Of a DNA stretch of 33,433 nucleotides, positions 17,153 to 24,741 are shown piece by piece. The translations under genes were made by a program, and so were the position numbers. The stretch's first letter is position 1. Each line of letters starts with the position of its first letter. This stretch comes from an uncultured Candidatus Saccharibacteria bacterium (GTDB taxonomy: Bacteria > Patescibacteriota > Minisyncoccia > UBA6257 > 2-01-FULL-56-20). Under the pieces are notes generated by a model, which saw only the letters and a program-made list of their open reading frames with translations, did no database searches and was not told the origin of the DNA. The stretch covers positions 8,005 to 41,437 of the forward strand of contig CAZLXS010000002.1 in the NCBI GenBank assembly GCA_964563735.1. The letters are read 5' to 3'.

Positions 17153-17479
17153 GTGATAACCGGAGACGATTATATAGCAAATCTAAAGAAAAAGGCCAAA
17201 GAATCAAGGGTTTATCAGAAGCACCAGTTGGTGGGTTTGCAGATTGCAGAGATTTTAAACGACAACAGACATAAAGCTTTATATATAAAATTAGCCAAAG
17301 AAAAGGACCAAGATAAACTAATCGGATTAGCTAGATCGGTGGCTGAACGAAAGAATATTAAAAATCTGGGAGCCTACTTTATGAGAATTATAACTAGCGA
17401 TGAAACTAGATCAAAACTTAAAAAAAATAATCACAGTCCAAAATCCAAAAGAAACAAAGATTTTAAGGGCAAAAACTAA
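17153..17479 (+). CDS. hypothetical basic protein (GTG start)
   Basis: 108-aa ORF with TACAAT 7 nt upstream. No motif recognised. The last 80 nt overlap def. Confidence 0.45.
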   Translation: MITGDDYIANLKKKAKESRVYQKHQLVGLQIAEILNDNRHKALYIKLAKEKDQDKLIGLARSVAERKNIKNLGAYFMRIITSDETRSKLKKNNHSPKSKRNKDFKGKN

Positions 17480-17951
17480 AGAATTTGTTTTTTCAAAACT
17501 TGGTGGAGCGGAGATTGATGGAAAAATTCTCTCAAAGAACGACTTAAATCTTTTGATTTTGGAGATGCGTAGATTGATGCGCGAAGCAAGAGGCGTTGGG
17601 CTCAGTGCTAATCAAGTGGGACTTAGTTGGAGAATGTTTGTGGCTGAAGTTCCGGATAATGATGGAGTTTTAAAATTATATGCTATTTTTAATCCGAAAT
17701 TAGAAAAAACACCGAAGGCCAAAAAAATTATCTTTGAAGAAGGTTGTCTAAGTGTTCCAAAAAAATACGGAAGAATTGAACGATTTTCTGAAGTTAAATT
17801 ATCTGGATTGAATAAGTTGGGAAAACCCCTAAAGATAAAGGCTTGGGGTCTTTTGGCTCATGTTTTTCAGCACGAGGTGGAACATTTAGATGGAAAGCTA
17901 TTTATTGATCGAGCGATTGATATTTTCGATACGAAAAACCAAAAAACTTAA
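17400..17951 (+). CDS. def: peptide deformylase
   Basis: GVGLSANQVG, EGCLSVP and HEVEHLDG. Confidence 0.9.
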   Translation: MKLDQNLKKIITVQNPKETKILRAKTKEFVFSKLGGAEIDGKILSKNDLNLLILEMRRLMREARGVGLSANQVGLSWRMFVAEVPDNDGVLKLYAIFNPKLEKTPKAKKIIFEEGCLSVPKKYGRIERFSEVKLSGLNKLGKPLKIKAWGLLAHVFQHEVEHLDGKLFIDRAIDIFDTKNQKT

Positions 17952-17959
17952 AATTTAGG

Positions 17960-18802
17960 ATGGATAACTATGTTTTTTTTGGGAGCCCTCGTTTTGCTTC
18001 GATTGTTTTGGAAAAATTAATTGCAAATAATCTAGCCCCGAAGATTTTAATTGCTAATCCAGATCGACCCTTCGGCCGAAAAAAAATTCTAACTAAACCA
18101 CCGACCAAAGAGGTAGTCTTAAAATTAAAACCAGAGATAGAAGTTCTGCAACCGGAAAATCTGAGAGGATTCGACCTTAAAAAGGCTAATCCCCTTTTCG
18201 GCGTAGTGGCGGCTTATGCAAAAATTATTCCACAAGCCCTGATCGATCAATTACCTCTTGGTGTTATTGGCGTACACCCATCACTCTTACCCTTGTGGCG
18301 AGGTCCTGCGCCAATCCAAGCGGCTATTTTAAATGGTGACAAGCAAACCGGAGTGTCACTCTATAAATTAGGAGCCGGAGTTGATGATGGTCCAGTATTG
18401 ATTCAAGAAAAATTTGATTTAAATCATAATTTTGATTATTTGGAGTTAGAATCTGCTTTGGCAAATTTAGGAGCAGATTTACTCCTAAAAACTATCCCCA
18501 AATTTAAAGAGGGCTTAATTAAACCACTAGAGCAAGACAAACAATCGGCTACTTCTACAAAAAAATTCTCCACTGCGGATGCTTTTTTGACTGAAACAGA
18601 TTTAGAAAAAGCATTTTCTGGGGCTGATCATAAATTAGCTCTTCTACTTGATCGAAAAATTAAAGCTTTTAATCCAGAACCCGGAGCTTGGACGCTAAAA
18701 AATGGCAAGCGAATGAAACTTATTGAGGCTTCTGTGTTTGAAGGAAAACTAAAGCTTAGAAAAATTCAATACGAGGGGAAGAAGGTGGTTGAACTCATCT
18801 AG
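17960..18802 (+). CDS. fmt: methionyl-tRNA formyltransferase
   Basis: FFGSPRFA, HPSLLPLWRGPAPIQAAILNGDKQTGVSLYKL and DDGPVL. Confidence 0.85.
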   Translation: MDNYVFFGSPRFASIVLEKLIANNLAPKILIANPDRPFGRKKILTKPPTKEVVLKLKPEIEVLQPENLRGFDLKKANPLFGVVAAYAKIIPQALIDQLPLGVIGVHPSLLPLWRGPAPIQAAILNGDKQTGVSLYKLGAGVDDGPVLIQEKFDLNHNFDYLELESALANLGADLLLKTIPKFKEGLIKPLEQDKQSATSTKKFSTADAFLTETDLEKAFSGADHKLALLLDRKIKAFNPEPGAWTLKNGKRMKLIEASVFEGKLKLRKIQYEGKKVVELI

Positions 18803-18806
18803 ACAT

Positions 18807-20888
18807 CTAGAGTTCTTTCTCAATATCCCAAACTTCTTTGCCAATATAAGCAGTAACCGTTTCTAAGTCTTTTAAGAGTTGTTCTTCCCTTAGCTTTTCT
18901 TCGGTGGCCAATTCTTTGGTAGCTTTCATTCTACGAACTAAACTCAATTCGGCTTCGATATCGCGACGAAGAACAACAAAACCTCTTCGGACTGATTCTT
19001 CGGCTTCACGAACTTCTTTTAAGATTTTACGCTTTTTGGTTTTTTGGCCAATTAGGTGGTAGAGAATAAAAATTATTAGGATGAGAAGAATAAGGCCACC
19101 AACACCCAAGATGACTAAGTAGAGCTTCTCGAAACTAACCCTACTTTCTCCGATTTGGATGGCGGTTTTGGATATTTCTAATTCATGTTTAGAGCTAGGT
19201 GGACTTAATTCTTCGCCCTGTTTTAATTGGGTCCAAATTTCGTACTTACCAGCTTCTAGGAATTTGGGAGCAGAGTAGAACCAAGCACCCTTGGAATCGG
19301 TCTTGATGCTCTGACTTTGAGCGGTGCCGGTTTCAATGTTTTGAATGTAAATAATTACTTCGGCTTCTGGTACATTAGAAAAACCTCCAATATAAAGGAT
19401 TTCATCGTTGGAGATGTTCTTGGGGAACAAGCTAACGATGGGCGGTTCAACCCGAAGAGGATTGGATGTTTCGGTCTGAGCTGAGGTATTTTTTATATTG
19501 CCATAGAACAAACTCCCCAAGATAAGACCAAGGATAATAATTTTGATCAGATTGTCTGATTTGTAATTTTTTTGTTTTTCGCGCAAGAGCTCAACTTTAT
19601 TGATTAGATTTGGATGTTTTAGGGGTCCAGCTTGGAGCAACTCTTCGATCTGGCGGTGCCAGCCCCAAACTTTTTTACCTAGATAGCCGAGAAGAGCAAT
19701 AATGAGAAGAAGGATAACCCAAACGATAGGCCAATCTATGGTGAAATTGCCTTTGATTCTTACGCCTTGGCCATTAATAATTTCTAAAGTCTTATTGGTG
19801 ATAGTTAATTTTTTAGAATTTTCAAAATAATTCCCAGCTTCGTCATAGGCTCTCGTAATAATTTCGTATTTGCCTAATTCAAATTTTTGAGTATAGGGCG
19901 AGGTGGCCTCGATGAAGAATGGGGTTAAGTTTTCCGTATCCTTATTGTTTGTAAGAGAAATGATTTTTATCTCGTAGTGATTAATTCCAGATGATTTGTC
20001 AGTAGTAATGAAGTTTAAAATTGGATATTGATTAATAGTTCGATCACTGGGAGAAATTTCGGTTTCAAATTCGGCTGGTGGAGTGTTATCTATTTTTATA
20101 GCATAGCTAGTGACTCCTCCCCAAGCTCCTTCGCGCAGAGATTTAATATGGAAATAATAAATTCCATCAGCTAGATCGTTGTAGGTAATAGAAGTTTTTA
20201 ATCCCTCGGAGATGTCGTCTGGATCGTCAATTGGCGAATTGTTTAAGACATAACTAAACCCAGTGGTGGCGGGAATGCCATCCCAGCGTAAAACAACCGA
20301 TTGATTCCTATACCATTTTTCTTGATCCGGATTAGTGGGAGAGACAACAACTGGGCCAGCTGGCGGAGGCAGGATAAGGTTATAAACTCCACCAGTTCGT
20401 TGACCCAAGATATCAGTCCCCTGCCCGTCGTTTAGAAGGACCCTAGAAGAATCCAAAACTTTTATAATGGCTGTTCCAGTATCTTTAACTCGGAAGGTGA
20501 CCGTAGAGATGACCCCTGATTCGGTATTAATACCGGGGGTTGGAATGGCGCCCTGAAATTTAAGCGTTCCTTCAGAATTAGAGAAACTGGGTTGATTAAC
20601 CCAGATCTGAATAAGAGATTTACCGGCTGTCGGATTAACTACTTGTATCTTGTCGGCTGGAAAACTTAAGTTGGCTTCGATTGCATTAACCGAACGTCCA
20701 CCGGTATTCACGTAAATCGAAACTGTAAAGGTGCTACCCACTGTGTAGGTTCCATCTGCACGACCAAGAAAAATAGAGGCCTGCCCACTCCCCGCTCCAC
20801 TAGTTTGATGAAAATTAAAAAATACAAAAAACAGAGCTAGAAAAACGCTCAAAAAGATTGAGTGCGGCGGAAATAGATTACGCCTCAT
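18807..20888 (-). CDS. polytopic surface protein: cohesin-like module, Ig/FN3-like domains, three further TM helices, cytoplasmic coiled-coil tail
   Basis: Cohesin-like GSTFTVSIYVNTGGRSVNAIEANLSFPADKIQVV (about 20394-20795). PDQEKWYRN...GIYYFHIK module. TM helices at about aa 386-404, 447-463 and 589-612. Charged heptad tail at aa 613-693. Confidence 0.6.
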   Translation of the reverse strand: MRRNLFPPHSIFLSVFLALFFVFFNFHQTSGAGSGQASIFLGRADGTYTVGSTFTVSIYVNTGGRSVNAIEANLSFPADKIQVVNPTAGKSLIQIWVNQPSFSNSEGTLKFQGAIPTPGINTESGVISTVTFRVKDTGTAIIKVLDSSRVLLNDGQGTDILGQRTGGVYNLILPPPAGPVVVSPTNPDQEKWYRNQSVVLRWDGIPATTGFSYVLNNSPIDDPDDISEGLKTSITYNDLADGIYYFHIKSLREGAWGGVTSYAIKIDNTPPAEFETEISPSDRTINQYPILNFITTDKSSGINHYEIKIISLTNNKDTENLTPFFIEATSPYTQKFELGKYEIITRAYDEAGNYFENSKKLTITNKTLEIINGQGVRIKGNFTIDWPIVWVILLLIIALLGYLGKKVWGWHRQIEELLQAGPLKHPNLINKVELLREKQKNYKSDNLIKIIILGLILGSLFYGNIKNTSAQTETSNPLRVEPPIVSLFPKNISNDEILYIGGFSNVPEAEVIIYIQNIETGTAQSQSIKTDSKGAWFYSAPKFLEAGKYEIWTQLKQGEELSPPSSKHELEISKTAIQIGESRVSFEKLYLVILGVGGLILLILIIFILYHLIGQKTKKRKILKEVREAEESVRRGFVVLRRDIEAELSLVRRMKATKELATEEKLREEQLLKDLETVTAYIGKEVWDIEKEL

Positions 20889-21769
20889 TACTTGTTTATT
20901 ATAGCTTGTTTTTTCCGAATAATCCTGTTTATAACTATTATAACGAAGATAAGGAGCAAAATAAGAACAGGCAGAAGATTAATCCAAAAAGCTAGCCAAT
21001 TATATACAATGGTTTCGGTTTTATTCCCAGACCAATCAACTACGATAATCCTAACAGACCAGACATTTTTAGAGATTGAAGTTGGATTTATGATCTCTTG
21101 TGCTTTGCTCCAACTAAACCACTGCTTTCTTTCTGCGGTTATTGATTTAATTCCTGAATCTAGATCGTTAACTTTAAAAATTAAAAGATTTTGACTGGGG
21201 GTGATGGGGTCTTTAGAGATTTCTGCGAATTCTATGATGGGAGCAACCCTATCTATACTTGTTTCTTCTTGATTAATGTTGTTTGAATTTTTAGCATTGA
21301 ATGTAATCTTTTTAAGATTGGGAATAATTTTAGTCCCTTTTCCATTAGCTAGATAAAGGGAAGCATTTTTTATTTGAAGATCGATAGATCCTTGTTTGAT
21401 TGGTAGAACATTAAGACTAAGCAGGAGCCCTTTTTGTCCAGAAAAGGGGTTTGTACTGCCCCCACTCACATTAATTTTTCCATCCCCGTTTATTTTTGGT
21501 TCGCTTTGTTTTACATCAATAATAGATCCACCAGTATTCACGCTTTGAATATGAATTTCTTCGGGATTATATAAAATTTCGAACAAATAAGCGTTGATCG
21601 GTTGAGTTGAATCGATTAGCACGCTTATTTCTGAAATCCGATTGATTTCTGGGTTTACTTCGGTTTTGAAATAAATCGAAGCGTAGTTTTCTAGAGCAAA
21701 AACTTTTAAACCAAAAAACAAAGCAATAAAAAATAGGGCGTAGATAATTTTTTTAAATATTTGGATCAT
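20888..21769 (-). CDS. C-terminally membrane-anchored protein with cohesin-like module and Ig-like domain
   Basis: ISEISVLIDSTQPINAYLFEILYNPEEIHIQSVNTGGSIIDV (about 21320-21694). C-terminal TM followed by RIIRKKQ. Confidence 0.5.
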   Translation of the reverse strand: MIQIFKKIIYALFFIALFFGLKVFALENYASIYFKTEVNPEINRISEISVLIDSTQPINAYLFEILYNPEEIHIQSVNTGGSIIDVKQSEPKINGDGKINVSGGSTNPFSGQKGLLLSLNVLPIKQGSIDLQIKNASLYLANGKGTKIIPNLKKITFNAKNSNNINQEETSIDRVAPIIEFAEISKDPITPSQNLLIFKVNDLDSGIKSITAERKQWFSWSKAQEIINPTSISKNVWSVRIIVVDWSGNKTETIVYNWLAFWINLLPVLILLLIFVIIVINRIIRKKQAIINK

Positions 21770-21770
21770 C

Positions 21771-22715
21771 TTATTTTGTCCAGTAGTACATCATAATGGA
21801 AATATCTGGAAAATCGACAATTCGGTTGCTGTTAAAATCGAATCTAGAAATGGAGCTTCCAGTTTTTTTGTAATAATACAGAAGAATTGAGAGATCAACG
21901 ATGTCAACTCGACAATCTCCATTTAAATCAACGATCTGGAGCTTGAGATTATCGCAGGGTGATCGTGGTTTAGGTTTTACAATATCTGGCTCTGGATTTA
22001 TTGGAGAAATGTAGCCAGTGCTTCCACCGCTATTACTCCCCCCTCCCCCGCCACCACCAGATCCTCCACCACCGCTAGGAGTAGTGGTGCTTGCTGCAAT
22101 GAGCGTTGGGTATCGATTGTAGGCGCTAAGCAGGGTGCCTGAAGAGTAAACAACCCTAAAATACCAATTAGAATCTTGATTGGCTGAATTGTTTTGGATA
22201 ACCCAATCCCACTCTCCGTATTCAGTGGGGTTGATAGCGGATGGACTAGCGGCGGATGGATTAGATTCTCCATAAGACTCTCCGACGGTAGAGTTAGAGA
22301 GTAGATTGTCAACAATAATCTGGCCGTCAGCTACACTAGGGTTATCAAAAAAAATCCAAGCGCTAGAGCTACTTAGATCGGTATAAGTTCCACCTAAGAC
22401 GTCAGAATATTGGAGCTTAAGAGTGGTTCCGGCACCAATTAACTCTCCAGCGGCGAGATTGATCCTTAGGCGAAGCGTTCCATTTGTAGTTGGGGTGCTA
22501 GTTCCTGTATTTTCACTCGAGAGAGGAATTGTGGGCGTGAGAGCATCCTCGTTTCTATACCAACGATAATTAGCCTGAGTTAAAACGGCTGTCGAGGAAA
22601 CAATAGCAGAGGTGTTGACGTTGATGTTGTTTTGGGATTTAACTTCAAAAGAAGATAGAAGAATAATTCCTACCGATACTATTAGGAATAAAAACCATCT
22701 ATCTTTTTGGTTCAT
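21771..22715 (-). CDS. secreted beta-sandwich module, Gly linker and C-terminal dockerin-like repeat pair
   Basis: VDLNGDCRVDIVDLSILLYYY and FDFNSNRIVDFPDISIMMYYW (21774-21968). The N-terminal module (YRWYRNEDAL..LRLRINL..WYFRVV) is paralogous to giant-protein aa 1267-1460. Confidence 0.65.
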   Translation of the reverse strand: MNQKDRWFLFLIVSVGIILLSSFEVKSQNNINVNTSAIVSSTAVLTQANYRWYRNEDALTPTIPLSSENTGTSTPTTNGTLRLRINLAAGELIGAGTTLKLQYSDVLGGTYTDLSSSSAWIFFDNPSVADGQIIVDNLLSNSTVGESYGESNPSAASPSAINPTEYGEWDWVIQNNSANQDSNWYFRVVYSSGTLLSAYNRYPTLIAASTTTPSGGGGSGGGGGGGSNSGGSTGYISPINPEPDIVKPKPRSPCDNLKLQIVDLNGDCRVDIVDLSILLYYYKKTGSSISRFDFNSNRIVDFPDISIMMYYWTK

Positions 22716-23632
22716 CTACCTTTTTTATTTTTGAATCTTCGATAGAAAATAAAGGCGATTATTAATACACCCAAGACGCCCAGATAGTAAATCTTGAATC
22801 TACTTAGGTGATTAATAATTTTAGAGAATGGCCCAGAAAGAGATCCGGCCTTCAAAACTTTAAAAACTGTTCTTTGTTGACCAATAACCTTGCCTTCTTT
22901 AACGAAACTTACTGAGCCCCAATAATCCCCTACCCCCAAATAGAGATTAATCGGAAATTCAAAAAGAAATTCTTCACTTGAAAATGGTTCGACTTCTTTA
23001 AATCCTTCATTTTTTTGAATATAGGCGAGACGAATACTCCCAAATTGGTCAAAAAGTTCATAGGTGGCGCTATCAATTGCTTCGGGAACGTTTCCATTAT
23101 TAACAAACTTAACCTGAACTCGAGGAGACCAACCTTCTTCAATATCCAAGAGATTTACAACGGGCATCTCGTACTCTCGAAAAATCCCCTCGCCCACTGT
23201 AAAACCGATCTTAACCTCTACGCCTAAAGCAATAGTGATTTGACCAGTTTTATCCAGAGGCATTCCAGAAAAATTAACTAAACCCTTATAAACTCCTAAA
23301 TCAGCTCCTTTGGGAACATTAATAACCACTTCAACCGGATACTGTCGAACTCCCTTGGGGATGATCATTTCTTTTCCGCCATTTATCACAAACCAATTTT
23401 TAACTCGGTCGTTAATTTGAAGATTAGTTATAATCCTCAAATCTTCGGATGGATTATCTTGAACCAGATAGATGGTTTGGATGTATTTTGATCCCGGAAC
23501 AAGGTGCCCACTACCAACGAATGGCGGAGAAACTCCGAAAGCAGCCGAAGTTAGGGTCGGATTTAGAGCGAACAAAACCAGAGACACCAGCCCGATCAAT
23601 AAAATGATCGCTTTTTTTAATTCAAAAGGCAT
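22712..23632 (-). CDS. surface protein with signal peptide, two Ig-like beta domains and a C-terminal TM anchor
   Basis: AAFGVSPPF after the signal peptide, ...VPKGADLGVYKGLVNF..., and C-terminal IYYLGVLGVLIIAFIFYRRFKNKKGR. ATGA overlap with the next gene. Confidence 0.55.
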   Translation of the reverse strand: MPFELKKAIILLIGLVSLVLFALNPTLTSAAFGVSPPFVGSGHLVPGSKYIQTIYLVQDNPSEDLRIITNLQINDRVKNWFVINGGKEMIIPKGVRQYPVEVVINVPKGADLGVYKGLVNFSGMPLDKTGQITIALGVEVKIGFTVGEGIFREYEMPVVNLLDIEEGWSPRVQVKFVNNGNVPEAIDSATYELFDQFGSIRLAYIQKNEGFKEVEPFSSEEFLFEFPINLYLGVGDYWGSVSFVKEGKVIGQQRTVFKVLKAGSLSGPFSKIINHLSRFKIYYLGVLGVLIIAFIFYRRFKNKKGR

Positions 23633-23692
23633 CGTTCTTATAGGAGAATTTTATACCTTTATAGCTTAGGGTGCAAATTCTCTTTTTAATTA

Positions 23693-24691
23693 TTAACCTG
23701 ACCAAGCCGAGGTAAAGAGATTAACTCCAGTGTAAGTACCGGTTGCGGTGGCTGGTGGTACAGCTAAACCCCAAAATGTAGTTTTCGTGACGTTGGTGGT
23801 GCTGGTTGGAATGGCCATAGTGGAACCAGTGACATCGGTAGCGGTTTCTTGAAGGAGTTGTTCAGCTCCACCATAGGTGAATGTGGAGGTGGCGTAGTGT
23901 TGGGAAGATGTGCTAATGCTATTGGACCCATTAGTTAAAGTGGAGATGGCAGAGAGCTTGAGGGTGGTGGTTGAGTTTCCGGCATTGGTACTCGTGGCCG
24001 TTTGATTGGTAGACCCAGTATTAGTGTTAGCTGGAACAGTTCCATAATTGATTGACGAAGTGGTGACATTAATAGCGGTTAAAACATTTAATTCCACCCC
24101 AGAAGAATCTGCGCTTCCCGTTGCATTGGTTGGATCTTTGAAGACGAGTGTAGCCATCCAGTTTTGAGACGGATAGGTAGAGCTAGCACCATTGGTTGCA
24201 TCGGCGAAATAATATATTCCAAAGGTGGTGGTGACGTTTTGGGTTCCAGCACTGCAGGAGCTTGAGGCAGTAAACGTAGTTAGTATGTAACAATTTCGAT
24301 TATCTGCAGTTGTCATACAGGTTGAGGAGGTAACCCCAGAACGATAAACCAAGATGGTGCTAGTGCCTCCGGTGATATCAGTACAACCATTGTAGTCGGT
24401 GATGGTGGCGGCAACGCTAATCGCAGTAGTGGCGTTTGGAGTAAGCGTGATTGTTCCACCATTATTAAGGGTGACGGCTGTGACGAGCGGGCTTGCATTT
24501 CCGACTATAACGGTGGTACTGGCTGTGACGGTACTCGAAGCGGCTTGCGCTATAGCATAATTGATACTGTTTTGATTCTGATTTAAATCTATAAAGAAGG
24601 TTTGAAAAATTCCCAAGAAACTAATAATGCCGATTGAAAATATAATAAACAAACCGGCCTTTCCAGATTGGTTTTCTATGAATTTTTTCAT
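23693..24691 (-). CDS. secreted Thr/Ser/Asn-rich beta-sandwich protein, paralog of giant-protein aa 1461-1689 plus its last ~30 aa
   Basis: Four conserved Cys (GCTDI..STCM..NCY..SCSAG vs GCSDV..FDCS..NCY..NCAGG). Shared SGVELN, SSINYG, TSSQH(Y/F)ATSTF and FWG(L/V).VP..TGTY(T/S)G. Confidence 0.6.
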   Translation of the reverse strand: MKKFIENQSGKAGLFIIFSIGIISFLGIFQTFFIDLNQNQNSINYAIAQAASSTVTASTTVIVGNASPLVTAVTLNNGGTITLTPNATTAISVAATITDYNGCTDITGGTSTILVYRSGVTSSTCMTTADNRNCYILTTFTASSSCSAGTQNVTTTFGIYYFADATNGASSTYPSQNWMATLVFKDPTNATGSADSSGVELNVLTAINVTTSSINYGTVPANTNTGSTNQTATSTNAGNSTTTLKLSAISTLTNGSNSISTSSQHYATSTFTYGGAEQLLQETATDVTGSTMAIPTSTTNVTKTTFWGLAVPPATATGTYTGVNLFTSAWSG

Positions 24692-24700
24692 CTTAGTTTT

Positions 24701-24709
24701 ATTATAGCA
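24701..24709 (-). promoter_or_regulatory. extended -10 box TGCTATAAT, 9 nt before the ATG
   Basis: The minus strand reads AGTGCTATAATAAAACTAAGATG. Confidence 0.45.
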
Positions 24710-24741
24710 CTTTGTGGTTTGCGGAATATGTGGATAACTAT

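Noticed and set aside
22038-22049. C6-T-C5 tract (Gly linker of the 314-aa protein) as a slipped-strand phase-variation switch.
   Set aside because: The runs are short and interrupted. The tract simply encodes a GGGGSGGGGGGGS linker, and polymorphism cannot be seen from a single sequence.
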